From Betaproteobacteria bacterium (lineage in GTDB: Bacteria > Pseudomonadota > Gammaproteobacteria > Burkholderiales > SG8-39), in contig JBQTJX010000019.1 in NCBI GenBank assembly GCA_052386675.1, forward strand, positions 81,498 to 145,497: 64,000 nt of DNA, in the 5' to 3' direction. Position numbers and translations under genes: made by a program. The notes below the pieces were generated by a model. It saw only the letters and a program-made list of their open reading frames with translations, ran no database searches and was not told where the DNA came from. Within the stretch, counting starts at the first letter, position 1. Every line of letters begins with the position of its first letter. Shown here in pieces: positions 55,040-63,126 of the stretch.

Positions 55040-55699
55040 CTGCTCCGCCTGAAGGACGTCACCAAGCGCTACGGTTCGCGGGTCCTGCTCCAGCGCGTGT
55101 CGCTGGAACTGGGCGAGGGCGAGTACGCCGCCATCGTCGGTGAGTCCGGTATCGGCAAGTCCACCCTGCTGAACATCATCGCCGGGCTGGAGCCGGCGGA
55201 CGAGGGTAGCGTGCGCTTCGGCGACGCCGACCTCGCCGCGATGGACGATGACGATCGCACACTGCTCAGGCGCGAGAAATTCGGCTTTGTGTTCCAGGCC
55301 TTCCACGTCCTTCCCCACCTGACGGTGGCGCAGAATGTCGGCCTGCCGCTGTTGCTGCGCGGCCGCCCGCAGGCCGAGATCGACGCCAAGGCCGCGGAAC
55401 TGCTCTCGGCGGTGGGGCTGGGCGGGCGCGAGGCCAGCCCGCCACGCGAGCTCTCGGGGGGCGAGTTGCAGCGCGTGGCCATCGCGCGTGCGCTGGTCGG
55501 CGACCCGAAGCTGGTGCTGGCGGACGAGCCGACCGGGAACCTCGATCCGGAGAACGCGCGCGGCGTGCTGGCGCTGCTGCGGGAGCAGGTGAAGGGGCGC
55601 GGCGCGGCCGGGATCCTGGTCACCCACTCCGAGGCGGCCGCGGCGGGCTGTGACAGGCGCTATCGGCTGGCCGTTTCCGGCCTGGTCCGGATTTCGTAG
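55040..55699 (+). CDS. ABC transporter ATP-binding protein (LolD/MacB-ATPase-like), orphan, no canonical start codon
   Basis: Walker A GESGIGKST, signature LSGGELQRVAI, Walker B VLADEPTGNLD. The conserved N-terminal strand LLRLKDVTKRYG lies upstream of the first GTG (55097) and is reachable only from CTG 55040. Confidence 0.65.
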   Translation: MLRLKDVTKRYGSRVLLQRVSLELGEGEYAAIVGESGIGKSTLLNIIAGLEPADEGSVRFGDADLAAMDDDDRTLLRREKFGFVFQAFHVLPHLTVAQNVGLPLLLRGRPQAEIDAKAAELLSAVGLGGREASPPRELSGGELQRVAIARALVGDPKLVLADEPTGNLDPENARGVLALLREQVKGRGAAGILVTHSEAAAAGCDRRYRLAVSGLVRIS

Positions 55700-55726
55700 C
55701 AGAATGGGAGCAGGGAGGCTCCAACC

Positions 55727-56788
55727 ATGACAAGAACGTTCACGCAGTCGCTGTTCGCAGTCGCTCTGGCGCTCACCGCCACGCTTTCCTTCTCGCAGGA
55801 CTACCCGACTCGCAAGGAGGGCAGCTGGATCGCGAAGGACTTCCGCTTCCACACGGGCGAAGTGCTGCCCGAGCTGCGGCTGCACTACACGACGCTCGGC
55901 GATCCGAAGAACGAACCGATTCTGGTGCTGCACGGCACCACCGGCTCGGGCGGGGGCATGCTCAACCCGAACTTCGGCGGCCAGCTGTTCGGTCCCGGCC
56001 AGGCGCTCGACGCGTCGAAGTACTTCATCATCCTTCCCGACGCCCTCGGCCACGGCAAGTCGAGCAAGCCCTCGGACGGCCTGCGCGCGAAATTCCCCCG
56101 CTACAACCTGGACGACATGGTGCACGCCCAGCATCGCCTGGTGACCGAGGGGCTGGGCGTGAAGCGCCTGCGCCTCGCCATCGGCAACTCCATGGGCGGC
56201 ATGAACGTCTGGCTGTGGGGCGTGAAATACCCCGAGGTCGCCGATGCGCTGGTGCCCATGGCCTCCATGCCGATCGCCATGTCCGGGCGAAACTACATCA
56301 TGCGCCGCCTGATCGTGGACTCGATCCGCAACGACCCCGACTGGAAGAACGGCGACTACACCACGCAACCCAGGAGCGCGCTGTTCTCGCAGGTGTATTT
56401 CGGCCTTGGCACCAACGGCGGCAACCAGGCGCTGCAGCGGATCGCGCCCACGCGCGAGGCGGCCGACAAGCTCGTCGACGGGCGCCTCGGGGCGAAGTAC
56501 ACCGCCGACGCCAACGACAACCTGTACCAGTGGGATTCGTCGCGCGATTACAACCCCAATCCGGGCCTGGAGCGCATCCAGGCGCATGTGCTGGTCATCA
56601 ATTCCGCGGACGACGAGCGCAACCCGCCCGAGCTGGGCGTCATGGAGCGCGAATTGAAGCGGATCCGGAATGCCCGACTGTTGCTCATCCCGGGGAGCCC
56701 GCAAACCGCGGGCCACGGCACCACCGCGCAGGCGCGGTGGTGGAAAGACGAAATGGCGGCGTGGCTTGCGAGCGTGCCGCGGCGCTAG
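55727..56788 (+). CDS. secreted alpha/beta hydrolase (homoserine O-acetyltransferase-fold family)
   Basis: 353 aa with a signal peptide, VLHGTTGSGG and nucleophile elbow GNSMGG. Confidence 0.75.
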   Translation: MTRTFTQSLFAVALALTATLSFSQDYPTRKEGSWIAKDFRFHTGEVLPELRLHYTTLGDPKNEPILVLHGTTGSGGGMLNPNFGGQLFGPGQALDASKYFIILPDALGHGKSSKPSDGLRAKFPRYNLDDMVHAQHRLVTEGLGVKRLRLAIGNSMGGMNVWLWGVKYPEVADALVPMASMPIAMSGRNYIMRRLIVDSIRNDPDWKNGDYTTQPRSALFSQVYFGLGTNGGNQALQRIAPTREAADKLVDGRLGAKYTADANDNLYQWDSSRDYNPNPGLERIQAHVLVINSADDERNPPELGVMERELKRIRNARLLLIPGSPQTAGHGTTAQARWWKDEMAAWLASVPRR

Positions 56789-57687
56789 GCGACGCGATTC
56801 TCGAGCGCTTCGCCCCGTTCCAGGCGGCGAGCATTTTCCAGGGCGAGCCCCAGGCTGCGCTCGATCGTCTCCGGCGTAAGCCAGGCCAGGTGGGGCGAGG
56901 CGACCACGTTCGGGAACGAGAGCAGGGGATGATCGGGCCGCACTGGCTCTTCGCTGAAGACGTCAAGGCCGGCGGCGCGGAGGTGGCCTGAGCGGAGGGC
57001 TTCGAGCAGGCCTTGTTCGTTGACCAGGCCGCCGCGGGCGGTGTTGACCAGGATGGCGCCTTTCTTCATTTGGCGCGGATCCACGATCCGTTCTGTCCCG
57101 GACGTGAGCGGGATATGCAGGGAGACGATGTCGCTGTGCGAGAGCACGGTTTCGAGGTCGGCAGACTGCGCCGACCTCGACCAGTAGAGAACCTTGGCGC
57201 CCATGGCTTCGAGGATCGGTTGGAGGATTTTCGGGACGGCGCCGTAGCCGATGAGGCCTACGGTGCGGCCGCCCAGTTCGCCGAAGTTGTCCTGCAGTCC
57301 CCAGGCTTCGAACCAGCCCCCGCGCTTCCTTGTCGCCGCATCCAGTTCCCGAATCCTTCTCAGGCACGCCAGCATCAGCAGCAGCGCCATTTCCGCCACC
57401 GCTCGGCTGTTCGTTCCGGGCAGGTTGCACACCGCGATGCCGCGCGCCTTGCAGGCCTCGACGTCGATGGTGTTCACGCCGCTGCCGATCTTGTGCACCA
57501 GGCGCAGTTTCGGCGCGCGGGCGATGACCGCCGCGGTCACGGGCTTGAGGACGTGCCAGAGGACTTCCACCTCCGGCAGCAGGCGCTCGAAGGCGGCTTC
57601 GTCGCTCTCCGGGCACAGGGTCACGTCCATGGCCGCGAGCCGCGCGCCCAGGGCGCCGCTGCCGTCGAAGTGGAAGACGATGTTCAT
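56785..57687 (-). CDS. D-isomer-specific 2-hydroxyacid dehydrogenase family protein
   Basis: 300 aa with NAD motif GLIGYGAVP and catalytic-region blocks NTARGGLV and SPHLAW. ATGA overlap with the enolase-like stop. Confidence 0.85.
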   Translation of the reverse strand: MNIVFHFDGSGALGARLAAMDVTLCPESDEAAFERLLPEVEVLWHVLKPVTAAVIARAPKLRLVHKIGSGVNTIDVEACKARGIAVCNLPGTNSRAVAEMALLLMLACLRRIRELDAATRKRGGWFEAWGLQDNFGELGGRTVGLIGYGAVPKILQPILEAMGAKVLYWSRSAQSADLETVLSHSDIVSLHIPLTSGTERIVDPRQMKKGAILVNTARGGLVNEQGLLEALRSGHLRAAGLDVFSEEPVRPDHPLLSFPNVVASPHLAWLTPETIERSLGLALENARRLERGEALENRVA

Positions 57688-58943
57688 TTCTGAAGGTAGC
57701 GCCGGAACAGCTTGCGCGCCGGGTAGGGCAGGCGGCCGTCGCCCAACGCCTCCTCGATGCGCAGGCCTTCGTTCCATTTCGCCATGCGCTCGGAGCGGGC
57801 GAAGCTGCCGACCTTGAGCTGCGGCACGCCCCAGCCCACCGCCAGGTGCACGATGGAGACGTCCTCGGTTTCGCCGGAGCGCGCCGAGACGATGGCGCCG
57901 TAGCCGGCGGCCTTCGCCGCGTCCCAGCAGGCAAGTGTCTCGGTCAGGGTGCCGACCTGGTTGGGCTTCAGGAGCACGGTATTGCAGGCGCCCTGCGCCG
58001 CCGCGGTGGTGACGCGCGCGGCGCTGGTGACGAAGAAGTCGTCGCCCACGACCTGCACTTTGGTTCCGGCGGTGCGGGTGAAGGAAGCCATCGCATCGGC
58101 GTCGTGCTCGGCGAAGGGATCCTCGATGGACACTATGGGGTAGCGCCCGATCCACGAGAGCAGCATGGCGTGCAGCTGCTCGGCGGAGAGACTGCGGTTC
58201 TCGACCGCGAGGCGGTAGCGGCCATCCTTGTAGAACTGGTTCGCGGCGATGTCCAGCGCGATCGACGCATCGGCTCCGGGCTTGAAGCCGGCATCCGAAA
58301 TGGCGCCGGTCAGTTCCGCGATGCCTTCCTCGTTCGACTTGAACGCCGGCCACCAGCCGCCTTCGTCGGCGACGCCCTGCAGCGCGTCCTTTTTCGCCAT
58401 GCGCGCGCCGGCGGCCCGGTAGATCTCGGCGGTCCACTCCAGGCTCTCGGCAAAGCTGCCGGCTCCGGTGCAGATCACCATGTAGTCCTGGATGTCCACC
58501 CGTGCGCCGGCGTGCGCGCCGCCGCCGAAGATCTGGATCTGCGGCACCGGCAGCCCGACCTTGCGCTCGCCGGCGAGGTGCTGCCACAGGGGCTTCCTCG
58601 CCGCAGCGGCTGCCGCGTGCGCGGCGGCCAGCGAGACCGCGACGATGGCGTTGCCGCCCAGGCGGCTGCGGTCTGGGGTGCCGTCTAGCTTGACCAGCCG
58701 CTCGTCCAGCGTCGCCTGGTCGCGCGGGTCGCTTCCGATGAGGGCGGTCCGTATCCTGCCGTTGATCGCGGCGACGGCTTTCGCCGCGTCGATGCTCCTG
58801 GCCTCGCCGGCCCCGGTGGAGGCGCCCGCGGGTGCGATGGCGCGTCCTTGCCTGCCGTTCTTGAGCGTGATTTCCGCCTCGACCGTAGCGCGGCCGCGGG
58901 AATCCCAGACCTTGCGCCCGCGAACGTCGACTATTGTCGCCAT
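57684..58943 (-). CDS. divergent enolase-family protein
   Basis: 419 aa, colinear with enolase (DSRG..TVEAE, GASTG, ADEGG, SIEDP, VGDDFFVT, LLKPNQVGT, SARSGETED, QLKVGS). It differs at IQDYMV (canonical IQEFMI) and SARSGE (canonical SHRSGE). Confidence 0.8.
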   Translation of the reverse strand: MATIVDVRGRKVWDSRGRATVEAEITLKNGRQGRAIAPAGASTGAGEARSIDAAKAVAAINGRIRTALIGSDPRDQATLDERLVKLDGTPDRSRLGGNAIVAVSLAAAHAAAAAARKPLWQHLAGERKVGLPVPQIQIFGGGAHAGARVDIQDYMVICTGAGSFAESLEWTAEIYRAAGARMAKKDALQGVADEGGWWPAFKSNEEGIAELTGAISDAGFKPGADASIALDIAANQFYKDGRYRLAVENRSLSAEQLHAMLLSWIGRYPIVSIEDPFAEHDADAMASFTRTAGTKVQVVGDDFFVTSAARVTTAAAQGACNTVLLKPNQVGTLTETLACWDAAKAAGYGAIVSARSGETEDVSIVHLAVGWGVPQLKVGSFARSERMAKWNEGLRIEEALGDGRLPYPARKLFRRYLQK

Positions 58944-59929
58944 GAATGCCTGACCTGGATGAGGGAAGAGGGTGGCGCATCGAGAAGGGCGCGGGTGACG
59001 TCGCGCACGCGGGTTTTCTGGTCTTCGCGATCGAGGTATTCCACCGGCGACTTGCCGTCCACGCGCGCGAGCAGCAGGCCGGGCAGCAGCGACGCGGCGC
59101 GGCCCTCGACGGCGGCGGCCGGTTCCCAGCGCACGCCCGCGAGGTAGCCGGCGCGCAGGGCGTCGAAGGAATCCAGGTAGCGCGCCGCGTGCTGCGGCCG
59201 CCACAGGCACTTCAGCAGCAGGTGATTGAGGCAGAAAGCGAGGTCGAAGGCGGGATCGCCGTACCACGCGCACTCGGCGTCCAGGAACACGGGACCATCG
59301 GGCCCGGCGAGGATGTTCTTCGGGCTGACGTCGCCGTGCACCAGCGCGAGGCGCGTGTTCGCGGTCCTTTCGGCGAGGCCGTTCAGCGCCGCCGCATGGC
59401 GTGGATGCGCCCTTGCGGTCGCGAGCAGGTAGGGCTCCAGGCGGATGGCGTGGAAATTGGCGTCGGTCGCAAAAGCCTGCGCAACCACGTCCTGCCCGGC
59501 GGTGGCGGCATGGATCGCGGCGAGCCGCACGCCAACCTGGCGCGCGAAGGCGGGGTCGACGCGCCCGTCGCGCAGTTCGGCCTTCCACAAGGGCAATCCG
59601 CCCAGGTACTCCATGGCGAACACGCCGGCGTCGTCGTGCGCCAGGATCTTCGGCGCCGAGCCCGGAACCGCGGCCGACGCCGCCTGCATCCAGCGCCATT
59701 CGAAGCGGTTGCGTTCCACGGGCGCTTCCCAGACCTGCGCCACCCGCAGGCGCGCCAGGGCCTGCTTTACGACGATCGATTCGAAACCGCCGCCCCTGCG
59801 CACCCTTACGTGCCAGATGTCGGAGGAGACCCCTCCTGCGAGCGCCTCGGCCGGGGGCGATTCATCGGCGGCGATAAGGCCCTGCACGCGCAGGAAGCCC
59901 AATACGCGCTCAGGGAGCAAGGCGCTCAA
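58931..59929 (-). CDS. aminoglycoside-phosphotransferase-fold kinase (MtnK/APH-like), start uncertain
   Basis: Catalytic loop LVHGDVSPKNIL and metal loop FLDAECAWYGDPAFDL. Candidate starts are TTG 59929, TTG 59920 and GTG 59890. The 3' end overlaps the enolase-like start by 13 nt. Confidence 0.7.
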   Translation of the reverse strand: MSALLPERVLGFLRVQGLIAADESPPAEALAGGVSSDIWHVRVRRGGGFESIVVKQALARLRVAQVWEAPVERNRFEWRWMQAASAAVPGSAPKILAHDDAGVFAMEYLGGLPLWKAELRDGRVDPAFARQVGVRLAAIHAATAGQDVVAQAFATDANFHAIRLEPYLLATARAHPRHAAALNGLAERTANTRLALVHGDVSPKNILAGPDGPVFLDAECAWYGDPAFDLAFCLNHLLLKCLWRPQHAARYLDSFDALRAGYLAGVRWEPAAAVEGRAASLLPGLLLARVDGKSPVEYLDREDQKTRVRDVTRALLDAPPSSLIQVRHSWRQ

Positions 59930-60545
59930 TCGCCCAGCGCTTGCCGTCGGAGCTATAGCGCAGCCGGTCGTGGAGGCGGTTGGCGCGTCCCTGCCAGAAC
60001 TCGATGCGCTCCGGAACCAGGCAATAGCCGCCCCAGTTCGCCGGGCGCGGCGGCTGGTCGCCGTGCTGCGCCTTCTGCGCGGCCGCGGCGCGCTCCAGCG
60101 CATCGCGATCAGGCACCACGGCGCTCTGCGTCGAGGCGCGCGCCGAGAGCCGGGCGCCAAGCGGCCGGCTGGCGAAATAGGCCTCCGACGCTGCCGCGGA
60201 GACCTTCGTTACGCTGCCCTCGATGCGCACCTGGCGCTCCAGGGGCGCCCAGAGGAACACCAGGCAGCCCAGCGGGCGTGCCGCGAGCTGGCGCCCCTTG
60301 GCGCTGTCGTAGTTGGTGTAGAACACGAAGCCGCCGTCCTCGACGCCCTTGAGCAGGACGATGCGCGCATCGGGCGCGCCCGCCTCGGAGACCGTGGCGA
60401 GGGTCATGGCGTTGGCGAGGGGCAGGTCCGCCGCCAGCGCGTCGCTGAACCAGCGCTCGAACTGCGCGAAGGGATCGGGCAGGGCGTCGGCCTCGGCCAG
60501 CCCGGCTTGCATGTATTCCTGCCTCAGGTCCGCGATGTTCACCAC
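59910..60545 (-). CDS. pdxH: pyridoxamine 5'-phosphate oxidase
   Basis: 211 aa, full-length PdxH pattern (TVSEAGAPDARIVLLKG...FVFYTNYDSAKG...IEFWQGRANRLHDR). Confidence 0.9.
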   Translation of the reverse strand: MVNIADLRQEYMQAGLAEADALPDPFAQFERWFSDALAADLPLANAMTLATVSEAGAPDARIVLLKGVEDGGFVFYTNYDSAKGRQLAARPLGCLVFLWAPLERQVRIEGSVTKVSAAASEAYFASRPLGARLSARASTQSAVVPDRDALERAAAAQKAQHGDQPPRPANWGGYCLVPERIEFWQGRANRLHDRLRYSSDGKRWAIERLAP

Positions 60546-60564
60546 GGGATTTTATAATGCGGCG

Positions 60565-61518
60565 GTGCGTCCCCCTTCGGTATTCGACCATGCCCACGGC
60601 ATCAGCACCGTGGACAGTGTCTATGATCGCGCCCTGCAGACTGCCGTCCACATCCTGGTGGAGCGGGGCCGCGCCGCGATCGTGGATACCGGCACCGCCC
60701 ACGCCGTGCCCGCGACGCTCGCGGCGCTGGCGCGCAAGGGCATCGCGCCGGAGCAGGTTGCTTACGTCATCCTTACGCATGTACACCTGGACCACGCCGG
60801 CGGCGCGGGCCAGCTGATGGCGCTATGCCCCAATGCGCGGCTGACGGTGCACCCCCGCGGTGCGAAGCACGTCATCGACCCGAGCCGTCTCCTCGCGGCG
60901 ACAGCGGCCATCTATGGGGAAGAAGCCACACGCCGGATCTACGGCGAGGTGCTGCCGGTGGCAAAGGAGCGCGTCATCGAGACGCCCGAGGGCGCGCGGC
61001 TGGAACTGGAGGGCCGTGAGCTGCGTTTCTTCGATACCCCCGGCCATGCCCGCCACCACGTCGTGGTGCGGGACGGCGCGAGCGGACACCTGTTCGCGGG
61101 CGACACTTTCGGCCTTTCCTACAGGGAGCTGGACGTGGACGGACGTCAGTCGGCGTTCCCGACCACCAGTCCCTCGCAGTTCGATCCGGTCGCGCTGCAC
61201 CACTCCATAGACCGTATGCTCGCCCTGGACCCGGAGGCGGTCTATGTCGCGCACTTCGGGCAACTGCGGGATATCGCACGCCTGGCCGCTGACCTGCAGC
61301 GCCTGGTCGAGGCGCACGCCGCGCTCGGCGAGCGCTGCCGTGGTGCGGGCGGGAAGCGGTTCCCTCTGCTGAAAGAAGGCGTTACCGCGCTTGTGCTCGA
61401 CGAGCGCGCTCGCCAGGGATGGCCGGTTTCAGAGGAGAAAGCGCTTGAAATCTTCGCGCTCGACATCGAGTTGAACGCGCAGGGACTCGACGCCTGGCTC
61501 GGCGCAAAGCGGGATTGA
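60565..61518 (+). CDS. MBL-fold metallo-hydrolase (start uncertain)
   Basis: HxHxDH motif LTHVHLDHAGG and later DTPGHARHH. An in-frame ATG at 60535 would overlap the divergent pdxH start, so GTG 60565 is preferred. Confidence 0.7.
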   Translation: MRPPSVFDHAHGISTVDSVYDRALQTAVHILVERGRAAIVDTGTAHAVPATLAALARKGIAPEQVAYVILTHVHLDHAGGAGQLMALCPNARLTVHPRGAKHVIDPSRLLAATAAIYGEEATRRIYGEVLPVAKERVIETPEGARLELEGRELRFFDTPGHARHHVVVRDGASGHLFAGDTFGLSYRELDVDGRQSAFPTTSPSQFDPVALHHSIDRMLALDPEAVYVAHFGQLRDIARLAADLQRLVEAHAALGERCRGAGGKRFPLLKEGVTALVLDERARQGWPVSEEKALEIFALDIELNAQGLDAWLGAKRD

Positions 61519-61670
61519 TCGCCCGGCCGGGCATTTTTCCCTCTGAAAGGATTGACATGCTCCTCTGGATTCGGCATCGTTGCGGCTCCGCTGCAGCAGT
61601 GCGGATGGCACGACGGGGTCCCGGATATTCCGATCACGTTCCACATCGATCGATTCAGAGGAGAAATCAG

Positions 61671-61958
61671 ATGGCGAAGAAGAAGGCGAAGAAGGCCGGC
61701 AAGAAGCGCAAGCCCAATGCGGCATTCATGAAGCCGATGAACCCGACCGCGACGCTCGCGGCCGTGATCGGCTCCAACGCGATGCCGCGTACCGAGGTCA
61801 CCAAGAAGATCTGGGCCTACATCAAGAAAAACGGGCTGCAGGACAAGAAGAACCGCCGCAATATCAACGCGGACGACAAGCTCAAGCCGGTGTTCGGCGG
61901 CAAGGCACAGGTTTCCATGTTCGAGATGACCAAGCTGGTCAACAAGCACCTCAAGTAA
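61671..61958 (+). CDS. SWIB/MDM2 domain-containing protein with Lys-rich N-terminal tail
   Basis: 95 aa, MAKKKAKKAGKKRK tail then a SWIB core (LAAVIGSNAMPRTEVTKKIWAYIKKNGLQD...). SD GAGGAG lies upstream. Confidence 0.8.
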   Translation: MAKKKAKKAGKKRKPNAAFMKPMNPTATLAAVIGSNAMPRTEVTKKIWAYIKKNGLQDKKNRRNINADDKLKPVFGGKAQVSMFEMTKLVNKHLK

Positions 61959-61975
61959 CTTCGCACGATTGCAAT

Positions 61976-62010
61976 GCCACCGGGGGCCACGAGCCCCCGG
62001 TGGCGTTTCT
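61976..62010 (+). terminator. rho-independent terminator after the SWIB gene
   Basis: Stem GCCACCGGGGGC / GCCCCCGGTGGC (12 bp perfect), loop CACGA, followed by GTTTCT. Confidence 0.7.
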
Positions 62011-62022
62011 GGGGGACGAATC

Positions 62023-62592
62023 ATGGCCACCTCCTATTCCATAGACGAGCTCGTGGCAGACCTCCGGCGCATCCGCGCCTCCGGGGCTGACGAGCGCGAG
62101 ATCCTGAAGCAACTGCGGCCCCTGGCCGAGCGCGCCGCGCGGTCGAAGGACTTGTGGCTGCGCCAAGACCACTATGAGGCCGACCCGCAGCAGGGCTTCG
62201 GCGTCCACCTCCTGCACGAAGAGCCCGACCACAGCCTGGCGGTGTTCGCCATCGCCTGGCTGCCCGACCGGGGCACCCCGCCGCACGACCACGGCACCTG
62301 GGCGGTGGTGGCGGGCGTGGACGGGCTGGAGAAGAACGAGTTCTTCGAGCGCTCGGACGACCGCTCGAAACCCGGCCACGCCGAGCTGAAGCGCGTGGCG
62401 GGGAAGTCCTTTGATGTGGGTGAGGTGCTGGCGATGCCCGCGGGCACCATCCACAGCGTCTGGAACGAGACGAAAGGCACGACCGTCTCGCTGCACATCT
62501 ACGGGCGGCACATAAACCACACCGCGCGTTCGCAGTTCGACCTGGAGAAACAGGTGGAGACGCCGTACCTGGTGAAGGTGGCGGGGCAGTAG
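62023..62592 (+). CDS. cupin, cysteine-dioxygenase-like (type I CDO fold) protein
   Basis: 189 aa with metal-site-like PPHDHGTWAVV and TIHSVWN. SD GGGGGA precedes ATG 62023. Confidence 0.65.
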   Translation: MATSYSIDELVADLRRIRASGADEREILKQLRPLAERAARSKDLWLRQDHYEADPQQGFGVHLLHEEPDHSLAVFAIAWLPDRGTPPHDHGTWAVVAGVDGLEKNEFFERSDDRSKPGHAELKRVAGKSFDVGEVLAMPAGTIHSVWNETKGTTVSLHIYGRHINHTARSQFDLEKQVETPYLVKVAGQ

Positions 62593-62602
62593 GGATTCTC
62601 GG

Positions 62603-62622
62603 ATGTAACCGATCGGTTACAT
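62603..62622. repeat. 20-bp perfect palindrome ATGTAACCGATCGGTTACAT (copy 4 of 4)
   Basis: Read directly. Lies 10 nt after the cupin TAG, at the start of a second AT-richer accessory stretch. Confidence 0.95.
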
Positions 62623-62648
62623 TTGGCGCTCTCCGGCGCCCCGGTCGG

Positions 62649-62692
62649 TTTACTCAGGACATTGAGTAAATTTACTCAGTACGTTGAGTAAA
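62649..62692. repeat. two tandem 22-bp palindromic units TTTACTCAG(G/T)AC(A/G)TTGAGTAAA
   Basis: 62649-62670 and 62671-62692 abut directly. Each has 8-bp arms TTTACTCA/TGAGTAAA around a 6-nt spacer. Confidence 0.9.
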
Positions 62693-62718
62693 TCGTCAGG
62701 CCCCTTCAAGCGCCCCCG

Positions 62719-62760
62719 GGCGGCCAGCCTGGCCGCCGCCTCGCCGGCCCGCGCCGGCGA
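62719..62760. repeat. two adjacent GC-rich hairpins
   Basis: GGCGGCCA-gcc-TGGCCGCC (62719-62737) and TCGCCGGC-ccgc-GCCGGCGA (62741-62760). Confidence 0.6.
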
Positions 62761-62802
62761 CGTGCCGCCTGGACATCATCGTCCGGCTGCAAACCAGCAT
62801 GC

Positions 62803-62831
62803 TTTACGTTAATCACGCGGCGCGTTACTAT
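62803..62831 (+). promoter_or_regulatory. candidate sigma70-like promoter for higBA (would give a leaderless or near-leaderless mRNA)
   Basis: TTTACG, a 17-nt spacer, then TACTAT. The -10 ends 5 nt before the higB ATG, and no SD is present. Confidence 0.35.
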
Positions 62832-62836
62832 GTGCC

Positions 62837-63115
62837 ATGATCGTGTCGTTCGCCTGTGCAGACACAGAAGCATTGGCTCACGGTGAGCGGGTCCGGCGTT
62901 TCGTAAACATCGCGTCCGTGGCGCGGCGAAAGCTGCGTCAACTCGAAGTTTCTGGTCAGATCGAGGATCTGAGAGTGCCGCCCGGAAATCATCTGGAAGC
63001 CTTGAAACGCGATCGAGCAGGACAGCACAGCATTCGGATCAATGACCAATGGCGGATCTGTTTCCGCTGGACCACGGCGGGCGCCGAGGATGTCGAGATA
63101 GTGGACTACCACTGA
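62837..63115 (+). CDS. higB: type II toxin HigB (RelE/ParE superfamily, plasmid maintenance killer)
   Basis: 92 aa with LRVPPGNHLEALKRDRAGQHSIRINDQWRICFRW...VEIVDYH, the HigB signature. Confidence 0.85.
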   Translation: MIVSFACADTEALAHGERVRRFVNIASVARRKLRQLEVSGQIEDLRVPPGNHLEALKRDRAGQHSIRINDQWRICFRWTTAGAEDVEIVDYH

Positions 63116-63126
63116 GAGAGGCACAG

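Noticed and set aside
54752-56716. The N-terminal roughly 650 residues of the 904-aa minus-strand ORF 54002-56716.
   Set aside because: Only the last 249 codons (from GTG 54751) look like a real alpha/beta hydrolase. The rest is low-complexity antisense to three well-supported plus-strand genes.
60535-60564. ATG 60535 as the start of the MBL-fold hydrolase.
   Set aside because: It would overlap the divergently transcribed pdxH start codon region (60543-60545). GTG 60565 is more plausible, but neither leaves normal promoter space, so the start is reported as uncertain.
61552-61580. TTGACA hexamer upstream of the SWIB gene, considered as a promoter -35.
   Set aside because: The hexamer 17 nt downstream (CATCGT) is a poor -10, so this is not reported as a feature.
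62649-62692. Tandem 22-bp units considered as a minimal CRISPR array.
   Set aside because: There are only two units, they abut directly with no spacers, and there are no cas genes. I treat them as operator- or iteron-like repeats instead.
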